Shown here piece after piece: positions 54,250-64,000 of a stretch of 64,000 bases of DNA. Source of the DNA: Octopus vulgaris (Eukaryota); the NCBI GenBank assembly GCA_951406725.2, contig OX597820.1:62062001-62126000 (forward strand), read 5' to 3'. Under the pieces are notes generated by a model, which saw nothing but the letters and a program-made list of their open reading frames with translations, did not search any database and was not told the DNA's origin. A program made the translations under genes and the position numbers. The number at the start of each line of letters is the position of its first letter. Position 1 is the stretch's first letter.

Positions 54250-54683
54250 TTTCTTTACCTTGGTTATGTATATTGACACGCGTATATACTGTGCCAGATC
54301 TTATGTAAAATACATTATACAGTAAATTCTTATTTTGTTTAAAATAAGGTAGATACAACGAAGGATCCAGGTAGTTTCGTTGTCATTTCTAGGAGAGCTA
54401 GTGACCAGTTAGATGTTTGTCGGTAAAGCAAAATATAAATAAACAAACCATAAATGAAATATTGCGTTGACTTTTAGATTTTCTCTGAGATGATTATTTG
54501 ATTGACCGATTGCCATTTCAAATATGGGACATGAGGAAAATAAGAATGTCATTAGGTTGAAGATGGTTTGGCCTTCAATTTTTCTTTATCCTATATTCTT
54601 CGTTGGTCCACTGCGTTTGAGTGTGCTTGGTGTGGTACATATGTGTATGTGTGTTTATATGTGTTTATGCATAGCAGTTTGTG

Positions 54684-54723
<40 letters not shown>

Positions 54724-54844
54724 GCACGCTCAAACACATCACACACACACACACAGACATACACACCCACCCTCTGTCTATGTACCTATTATTTATCTAT
54801 TTACACACAGATACACCAACCCGACCAGACACACTCACCCAGCC

Positions 54845-55391
54845 GCGAAATTTTTACCCACGAGAGTTCCGGACCCCAATAACGAACGCATTTGCATACA
54901 GCCAATCAGAGCTCATCTTGACCTTGTTGTCAAGTTAACAAACACACTCTACCAAGTAAACTCCAGACGAAGAACAGTGTTACAAGTCTACCGATCGCCG
55001 AGTTATGCCTGATTTTAGAAGGAGAGAAGTAATTAGATAGATTGCCATTTATACCTATTATCGGATTTTGTTAGGGCACCATATGGTAAAGATATGGATG
55101 GGAAAATGGTGTTAGAGGATGATGTGCTAGTAACCCTCTCTCCTTACTGTTTTACAAAGTAAACAAGAACACAAATGACTACGCAGAGGAAGCCATGATT
55201 GAAACAAGAACAAGAACAACAAGCATTATTAAAAGAGAAAAGAAGCATGGTCATTCCTTACCTAAGTGGCCTTATTTTATCACTCATCACTTGTTATGCG
55301 CTCATAAATTAGTTTAATAGTTGAGCTCTGATTGGCTGTATGCAAATAATTTCTGAACTGGGGTCGGGAACTCTCGTGGGAAAAATTTCGC
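54845..55391. mobile_element. MITE with ~70-bp TIRs and a possible 9-bp TSD (MULE-like)
   Basis: 54845-54915 is the reverse complement of 55322-55391; flanks CACCCAGCC / CACTCAGCT. Confidence 0.7.
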
Positions 55392-55656
55392 CACTCAGCT
55401 AGATGCAACCCACCGGACTGGACACACTCACACTCACCCAAGCGCAAACACACAGATACATGCATATGCGCAAAGCTGCGAAGTACGCTAAACACTTGTC
55501 CTAGGTACCGACTTCGGTACCTAGGACAAGTGTCTTGTATTATAACCCAGATATAGCAATGTTACGTGAACGAATTTAATAGAGAGGAGTTTTTTGAAAC
55601 ACATCATGAATATTCATGTGTATGTGTGTGTGTAATATGTATACTAATACAGAGTC

Positions 55657-55803
55657 GGGCGTGGCAGTGTGCTAAGAGGTTTACTTCCCAACCACGTGGT
55701 TCCAGGTTCATTTTCAATGTGCAAGTATCTCCTACTATAGCTTCGGACTGACGACAGACTTATGAGTAGATTTCGCAGATGAAAATGGAAAGCAGCCCGT
55801 CAT
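55657..55803 (+). mobile_element. SINE family A 5' half, degenerate
   Basis: Head and GAAAGCAGCCCGTCATATA, ending at the (TA)n where the PLE begins. Confidence 0.7.
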
Positions 55804-55812
55804 ATATATATA

Positions 55813-57597
55813 TATATATTAGAAAAATTGAGGTAATCAGATCAGATGGTTCATATTTGTAGATATTTATTTATATATTACATTTTTTACATATATATCA
55901 TATCATTCGGATTAGCGCTTGCTCCCATTCTAGTGGGTTTTCAAATCAAATCAGTTGTGGGTAGTTTGAACCTTTTTATAGTTTCGTAGTAGCGGGTGAG
56001 GAGAAAAAGTGGAAACGCTACCTCGATGACTGTTTCATCTTTTGGAACAGATCAGAAGAGGACCTACAAACATTCCACAACATCCTCAATACGCTGCACC
56101 CATCTATCAATTTCACAATAGATACCAGCCACAACGAACTTCCCTTCCTAGACATCAACATCAAAATACACAACTCCATCGTCACAACAGACATCCACTA
56201 CAAAAAAACTGACACACATCAATACTTAAATTTCCACTCCTGCCACCCATCCCACACAAAAAGAAACATCCCATATAGTATGGCACGACGAATATGTAGC
56301 ATAGTAACTGATTCACAAATACGATTAATAAGACTAGATGAACTCAAAAGCTTCCTCCTAGAGCAAAAATACCCCCTTAAACTAATAGAAAATGGAATCA
56401 CAAGAGCATTAAAACTAGACATCACACAACTCAGGACACCCAAAACAAAAAACAAAGAAAACACTATCCCTTTTATAAACACACACAACCCTGGAGTTAC
56501 CAACATCTTCCAAACCATACATTCAAACCTACCAATAGCCTTACAGAGCCCCAAAATGAAAAACATATTAAACAAATATAGCATAAAAAACAGTAGACGA
56601 CAGGACAAAAACCTAAAAAAACACCTAACAAGAGCGAAATTCTCTTCAGAAACTAAAACGGAATTCTTTGCAAAAGAGTGCGGAGATGGTAGATGTGGGA
56701 CCTGCAGCAACCCCACCTACAAATACATAGAGAGCAACAGAGAGATAAGATTTAAAAATGGTGTCATATTCAAAGTAAATGCAGATATGAACTGCAAGAC
56801 GCAGAACGTCATATACTGCTTAACCTGCCCCACATGCAAGGAGAATTACGTAGGAGAAACTGGTAATTCTTTGTGCCAGCGAGCCAGGATCCACCGACAA
56901 CATATTCGGCAGGAAGAACTACGCAAAATACCACTAAGCACACACCTAGCTACATGTGGAGAAGGAAAATTTAAGATATTTCCCTTCTACAAGTGTCCGA
57001 AGAATGACACCCCCTTCAGGAGGAATATGGAAAAACATTTCATAGCTAAGTTCTCCCCCAAATTAAATGGCTGAAACTTTACTCAACATACATTGAAGGA
57101 AAAATCTGTGTGTGTGTAGATGTGTGTATTGCCTGTTATATACATCATATTATATTATTATCTTTATAATTCACTTCCATCTTTACCCTTTAATTGTCAC
57201 TTTAATTTTAACTTTCCTATGACATACAACTTTCAAGATGGTATAATTTGGTTGTTCATTTTGAACCGATAAAAAGGTTTTTTCAAATATTTTATGTATA
57301 AGTCTGTGTGTGTGTGTATATATATGTGTTGGTATAAATATCAACACACAAAAATATTTTTTCTTCTCCACTTCCTCCCTTATTTTTATTTTTATTTTTA
57401 TTTTTATTATTTTTTTATTTTTATTCTTTATATTTTTATTTATTCTTTATATTTTTTTATTTTATTTTTTATTTTTTGTTTTTATTTTATTTTATTTTTT
57501 TTATTTTTTAATTTTTTATTTTTATTATTATTATTTTTATTTTCCCTTTTCTCTTTTTGTCTCTCTCCCCTTCTCCAAACACACAGACACACACACA

Positions 57598-57635
<38 letters not shown>

Positions 57636-57843
57636 AAAACACACACAGACACACAGAGACACACACACACACACACCTCCACAGAATGATCATAGAAAGT
57701 GTGACCCCAAATGACATTTGCCAGGCCAACCTATGCACAACACACACTCAGTGACATTGAAATGGACAGCCAAAGTTCTTATAAAACCACAGGGGGTCCA
57801 GCAGACCAACGGAAATAACACTTCTTCACTCTCAGATATAAAT

Positions 57844-57911
<68 letters not shown>

Positions 57912-58154
57912 ACATATTTTCTCTCTGTCTCACTTCCTCCTCACCCACTACTACGAAACTATAAAAAGGTTCAAACTACCCACAACTGATTTGATTTGAA
58001 AACCCACTAGAATGGGAGCAAGCGCTAATCCGAATGATATGATATATATGTAAAAAATGTAATATATAAATAAATATCTACAAATATGAACCATCTGATC
58101 TGATTACCTCAATTTTTCTAATATATAATACCTGTACATCATCTCCAAACCTTC

Positions 58155-58158
<4 letters not shown>
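55813..58158 (+). mobile_element. 5'-truncated PLE with an inverted terminal repeat (55813-56003 / 57937-58127), ~30-nt tail and (TA)n flanks
   Basis: ~190-bp arms with one mismatch seen; RT and GIY-YIG frame inside. Confidence 0.95.
56004..57074 (+). CDS. PLE ORF fragment: RT catalytic motif, thumb, Cys-rich linker and GIY-YIG (Naiad/Neptune-like)
   Basis: Uninterrupted frame WKRYLDDCFIFW...LPFLDI...YKKTDTHQYLNFHSCHP...CGDGRCGTC...MNCKTQNVIYCLTCPTCKENYVGETG...QRARIH...PKLN. Confidence 0.92.
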   Translation, partial: KKWKRYLDDCFIFWNRSEEDLQTFHNILNTLHPSINFTIDTSHNELPFLDINIKIHNSIVTTDIHYKKTDTHQYLNFHSCHPSHTKRNIPYSMARRICSIVTDSQIRLIRLDELKSFLLEQKYPLKLIENGITRALKLDITQLRTPKTKNKENTIPFINTHNPGVTNIFQTIHSNLPIALQSPKMKNILNKYSIKNSRRQDKNLKKHLTRAKFSSETKTEFFAKECGDGRCGTCSNPTYKYIESNREIRFKNGVIFKVNADMNCKTQNVIYCLTCPTCKENYVGETGNSLCQRARIHRQHIRQEELRKIPLSTHLATCGEGKFKIFPFYKCPKNDTPFRRNMEKHFIAKFSPKLNG

Positions 58159-58216
<58 letters not shown>

Positions 58217-59857
58217 CTAGATTATTTTTCTTTTCTGACCTAAACAACTATATCAGAACTGTTTTGCTTGAACATGTCGGAAGTTTAGATGTGAGAGTTT
58301 CACCAATATTTCATATTCTTATATGTTTTGATGCATCCAATAACAGAGGATTTGTCAATATTTATCCAAAGCCGTCTTTTCAGCGGATGGTATTGTGCAT
58401 GTTCTATTTTAAATGTTTTAAGAATAGCATGCATTAATTGGTTGTAGTATTTAAGGGCCAGTTTCTGAACATGTGTTATACTATCCACAGATGTGCGCAA
58501 AATTCAAATAATTTCTGTTTTTGCTGTTCATTATGCATTTTGTATCATTATTCCATTCCTGAACTACATAAACATAATCTTCGAAATGTGGTGTTATATA
58601 ATGGTTGTAAGTTCAAGACAGGCTACACTTTATAGGAAAATCGCCATGCTGAAGATTGCAGGAAACATGCATCTTCATAATATTTTTTTGCCATGCAGTA
58701 TATTTTCTTTCTTGTTCTACTTTGAGATACACTGATATTAACTGTCTTTCGAGGTGTTCACTAGCAACGTTATTTTTAGGACGTTTTATCTTTTCACTTT
58801 CGAAGGATTGGTTTACGTATTCATTTCTTTCTGTCACTTGTTAGCAAATTCTAACCGAGTTAAATCATACACTCAAAAACTGTTTGTATTGCTTTTCTCC
58901 TTTATTCTGAGATAGTCCTTATCAATAGCACTGCTTCTGTAGAAGCTTCCAACTGTTGTTAGAACCTGACAGGTTTTAGTAAATATGGAGTAGATTTCCT
59001 TGATAGACCAATCAATTATTCCTAATATCGGTATCAGTACAGCTACTGCAAGAGCACTATTGGGTATTGTCTTGTAATAGGAAAGCCTCGACTGCCATGT
59101 GTGTACGCACACATGAACGTCTACCTCTTTAAATCATTTCACTTCTTCCTACTAAGAAAATAAATTGCTAACAAACTAAAATAGAAATTACATCGCGGAA
59201 TTTAGATAACAACAGCGGTGAATAATTATATATCAAGTTTTAGAAAATTCTTGCATCTTCTTAATGTTCGGCTTATTGATTGTCGCGCGTGTTAGCTGAT
59301 CACTTCCAAACCAAAGCACTAACTTCTTCAGAACACTTCTTAGACTGAGCGAAGACGAACCAGTGCGCTCAAAATGCTCTCTACACAGCCACACGCTAAC
59401 TAATTTGTGTGTATAGAAAATGTGCATAGATGTGGGTACCTGATGTCTATGCATACGCGTCAGCTATGCGTATGTGTACGGCGACACCAGACGCCGACAT
59501 GCTCGCATTCATATATCTGGTGTACACATACATATACGCGCAAAAACACAGACACACACGCGCATGCGTACACACACACGCATATACTCATATATGCACA
59601 CACAAATAATAATATATATACGTACATATATACACACGTACATATAAATGCACACGCATACACACACACACAGACACAAACACGCGGAGACGCCCAAACG
59701 CACACATATATACAACACAGTATGTATGTACATGTACACGCACCTCTAAACGCGCATATACACACACCTACACATACATTCTCTCACATCTATGCGGGTG
59801 TGCATGCGCATAGCACCATGCACGTACTATTGTTTATATCATTATTTATATCATATC

Positions 59858-60524
59858 AAACGCCACGCATCCATTTACAAGTAAGTTATATAATAATTCT
59901 GATGCCCACTCTACAACTATCTGTATTATTATTCTTTCTTTCTGTTTTTCTTCTCCTCACCCCTTCACCGTTTTCTTTCCCACTCTCCCTCACACTTCCT
60001 CCTTGACTCTCTCATTGCTCACACGTATCCAGCGGCTATCTTCTTTTTCCGCTTGCTTTACAAGAGACAAGACAAACTTTTGCCTGTCTCCTGTCAAAGC
60101 TCGTTTCTCCAGCGTTCATCACTTCACCTCGTTATGGCTCAACAGCCCAAACCATTTGTTTTTACCGTTTTTTTTTCTTACTGTCCTGCTTTTGTTACCA
60201 CTTTAAATTTCCGCAAATCCCAAATTTTATTTAATTTGCTTTGCGGGAACGAAGCCGAGTCTTGTCTCAACGTGGAGTAGATAAAGTAGGGGACAACTGA
60301 TTGAGAGATTGCTGTTTATGTTGCCTGTCTCGTTTCTCTATTTGTTTCCCTCGTTGTTCGGAAGAAAGTTCGTTTTCCATGTTTTTGTTTGCATGTTCTT
60401 GTTTTTTCGTTCTCGTTTTTCATTTTGCTCACGGTTTTTGACGTCCTGTACTCATATATGCATGTATATATACATATATATGTAGGTATGTACATATGCA
60501 TATATATATATATTATCTATATTA

Positions 60525-60564
<40 letters not shown>

Positions 60565-60581
60565 AAATATATTATATATAT

Positions 60582-60654
<73 letters not shown>

Positions 60655-61470
60655 TATTCATATTATTTATATTATTATTTGATTGAACGCTACACATCCA
60701 TTTCCAAGTAAGTTTATCTTAATATTTTTGATGTGACTCTACGTTATATTGTTTCCCTCTCATCATTTCTCTAATTCCCTTCTTCTCTCCCCTTCACTAT
60801 TTTCTATCTGTCTCTCTGTCTGACTGTCTGTCTGTCCGTCTGTCTCTCTTTCCTTGTTTCGCTCTCTCGTTGCTCACACGTGACTATCGTTCATCTTTCT
60901 CTTCCTCGCGTAACCATCTTTCTATTTTTTCAGGACTGCCCTAAGGATAGCACGTATCCTATCTCTCTCTTCTATCTTTTCTCTTCTCAAAGAAAATATA
61001 TCTCCGGCGTTCGCTATTTTGCTCTCGTTTTGGTCTATCGACTCTCCATGTTGGTATTCGTTCGGTTTCCTTGTATGTCCCCACTGCTCTATTTTTATTC
61101 CCAACTTTGACCCTCCTTAAATCCCAAATTTTATTTGATATTTACGGGTGCAACTGTCTTCGAAGACTCATATTGTCGTTCAGTGCTCAAAATGAAGAGT
61201 AGACAATTAGCCGACAAGTGATGAAGTGTCGTGCTTTATGTTACTTTCCTGTTTGGCATTTATTTCTCTTGTTGTTTGTGTATTGAACCCATTTGTTTTT
61301 GTATTTCATGTTGTTTACTGTTGGTGACGTCCTGTATTCATATATGCATGTGTTTATATGTATATATACATGTGTTCGTGTGTGTGTATGTGTATATGCA
61401 TATATATGTATTATTTGTATTATTATTTGATTAAACGCCACGCATCCATATCTAATTAAGTTTATATATA
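59858..61470 (+). repeat. About two diverged tandem units of ~750-830 bp, probably PLE-type terminal repeats
   Basis: AACGCCACGCATCCAT..AAGTT recurs at ~59858, 60685 and 61433; AAATCCCAAATTTTATTT and TGACGTCCTGTA.TCATATATGCATG each occur twice. Confidence 0.7.
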
Positions 61471-62646
61471 CATGTATATATATGTATATATATACGTACT
61501 CACGTGTATGTATGTAATAATATGTATATATTCGTATATGCATGAGGTAATGCAGACTTCTTAACTACATAGTTATGTCTGCGCCTAGGTACAAATATAT
61601 TTAAAATTTAGAGAATGTATCTATAGGTTAAAACGCAGTTTTCCATAATTTTCCCCATTCCCGTCAGTTGAGAAAGAAATGTTCACATCTGTAGGGTAAC
61701 TTACCTCTATAAAAGTGTATATATGTTTTTTCTTTTTCGTCTTAAGGAATTACATCTGGCCCATTATGTTAAAATCAATCAGAAGTTTTGATGGAAATGT
61801 TCTACCAATAAACATTTGTGTTGTAGCATTTGCTATCTATTTTTATCTATTTTTATTCAAGGACACTTTTTTTTCCCTGAACGCTCACAATGTGTAATAT
61901 ATTAATTATATTAGCATCGACTTCATGAAGCACTGGACGGTAGTAACTTAATTACATTTGTGGGCAGCTGATGATTAAATGTGACATAATTGACATTTTG
62001 CACGTATTTTATCAGGTTTAAGCATAAATGACTCATTTGTTCGATATGCACTTTTGAGTTATCACCTACTCTTGACTTCAAAAGTTTTACCTTCAAATGC
62101 GTCGTAATATTATCGAGTCCAAAAGAACCACACTCACTGTCGATATTACCACCAGCTTTATGTTTATGGGAGATACGCGCATCTTTTATATGTACCCTTC
62201 ATCTAATCTTGAATCTTTTCCTTGTGACATTCATTAGATTGTGGCCATGCTGGGGCACTGTCTTGAAAGATTTTAGTCAGCCACATTGACCTCAGTGCTT
62301 CTTTCATTTTTAAGCCTGATACTTATTTCGTCGATATATTCTGCTGAATCACCAAATTACGGGAATGTAAACACACCAACTCACATAACTAAGGTGGGTG
62401 TGAGGAATACGTAGCTGTAAGGAGAGAGGGAAAGGTTGCTTTTCTGCTGTCCATCACAAAGAAACAATCACACACACACATACATCCATCCATACGTGCA
62501 TACATACATGTCTACTACATACCATTTTAAACTCGTGATTACCTGTAAGTTTTTAAATGTGTGTGTGTGTATGTGTGTGTGTGTTTTAGTGTGTGTGTAT
62601 GTAACTGTCTGTCTCTCTACTTCTGTAGGATCATCCTTGTTACTGT

Positions 62647-62684
<38 letters not shown>

Positions 62685-62708
62685 TAAATATACATATATA
62701 TATACTAT

Positions 62709-62872
62709 TACTCTTTACTCTTTTATTTGTTTGTCATTTGACTACGGCCATGCTGGAGCACCGCCTTTAGTCGAACAAATAGAGTCAAGGACTTATTCTT
62801 TGTAAGCCTAGTACTTATTCTATCGGTCTCTTATGAGGAACCGCTAAATTACGGGGACGCAAACACACCAGC
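62709..62872 (-). mobile_element. SINE family A 3' half (a further degenerate piece at ~62230-62380)
   Basis: Family match. Confidence 0.85.
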
Positions 62873-63380
62873 AAGCATTTTGCCTGGTCGATGAGACACT
62901 AAAAGAAAACACTAAAGTGTTAACGGGAGTGAAGATTAACCCGGAAAAGTCAGTGGGCTTGCGGCTCAGTACCTGGAGAAGCAAGCCCATGCCGTCTAAC
63001 AGCGTCTCCATCATAGGACACTGGACTGACGGACCGGTTAAATTGCTCGGGGTCTCGTTCGGTACAGATCTCCAAAAGAACTGGGACGAGATAACTAGTA
63101 GGGTAGCCACTCTCACCCTGAAATGGGTTGAGAGGAAGCTATCGCTAAAAGGTCGGGCTGTGGTGGGGAATGCGTATATCGCATCGGTCATCTACTACCG
63201 TCTGACCATCGTGCCTTATGCCGACCTTAATACCACGAAACTGGACCGCATACTCTTCCGCTTTTTGTGGAAGGGAAACGTTCAAATAGTCAGGCGATCC
63301 ATTTGCTGCGAACATCCGCTAAATGGAGGGCTGGGCATGCCGTGGTTGATGATGTGCAGACATGCGCTGAGACTGTGACA
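62873..63380 (+). mobile_element. Tx1/L1-clade LINE RT fragment
   Basis: TGVKINPEKS, VKLLGV, W..RKLSLKGRAVV.N, FRFLWKG, GGLGMP. Confidence 0.9.
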
Positions 63381-63498
63381 CCTCCATCGTTTCATAGACA
63401 TCTCCAAACGTTTTCGATCCCTTTTGATCGTTTTCGGAAAGAAAAATTCTACAGTGTATTGTCTCCTCTCGGTTCGGTCCTTCGTCGCTAATAAAGAG

Positions 63499-63599
<101 letters not shown>

Positions 63600-63619
63600 C
63601 AGACGCACAAATACGGGTA

Positions 63620-63830
63620 GCATATAAAAGCAAAACAAGGTGGTAAAAATAGTATCTGAATACCGAAAGTAGAGTAATATTATTTTGATTGAAGCCGAAA
63701 AAAGTCTTCACAAAATATGGCTAAAGCTTCACGTTACTGTTCGTCGGACAGTTATGATCATAATTGTCCGACGAACGGTAACGTGAAACCCTGAGTTACA
63801 ATTTGTGAAGATTTTTCGAGTTTAATATAA
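63620..63830. mobile_element. Mini fold-back element (core arms 63728-63757 / 63758-63787) with a tail on the left
   Basis: Loop-less palindrome with 2 mismatches, extending imperfectly to ~63697 and ~63817. Confidence 0.85.
63764..63801 (+). ncRNA. Minimal type I hammerhead motif
   Basis: TTGT-CCGACGA-ACG gtaa CGT-GAAA-CCCTGAG-TT-ACAA. Confidence 0.75.
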
Positions 63831-64000
63831 GTAGGTACACGCGCGCGTACACACACACACATACACGGTATCAGCTATAATCTGTGTATTTATATTTATA
63901 TATGTATCTGTAAAATACATGGGGATACGGTGATAAATCACCTTAACTTGTGGTTCAACACTGGTATATTTATAAAGTCCCGAAAGATATCTATATCTCG

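Noticed and set aside
57074-58130. Selenoprotein or SECIS as reported for some Naiad PLEs
   Set aside because: No in-frame TGA in the visible ORF and no convincing AUGA..AA..GA hairpin by eye; the 5' part of the ORF is missing
58873-59150. Possible minus-strand exon
   Set aside because: Weak splice signals, stops near both ends, no recognisable homology

Overview
Eukaryotic, AT-rich, repeat-dominated DNA. The SINE families and extreme microsatellite load are typical of an Octopus (coleoid cephalopod) genome; this assignment is inferred from sequence character only. No intact host gene was found, and most of the ORF track is microsatellite noise. The window holds two abundant tRNA-type SINE families; Penelope-like elements (PLEs; RT plus GIY-YIG) of at least three types; Tx1-like, CR1-like and HERO/NeSL-like LINE fragments; piggyBac, Tc1/mariner, Merlin-like and MULE-like DNA elements; a solo LTR; old 39-40 bp tandem arrays; and a candidate three-exon pseudogene (minus strand, 25863-30840). 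The most striking signal is a recurring architecture across several unrelated PLE-type families: fold-back (inverted) elements, mostly embedded in (TA)n, with a one-sided 3' tail and minimal hammerhead ribozyme (HHR) motifs. Several HHRs have a CCGANGA core. In three mini-elements the fold-back apex lies at the 5' edge of the HHR. One ~750 bp non-coding inverted element carries two HHR copies with compensatory base changes. All alignments and folds were done by eye, so boundaries of degenerate repeats are approximate.
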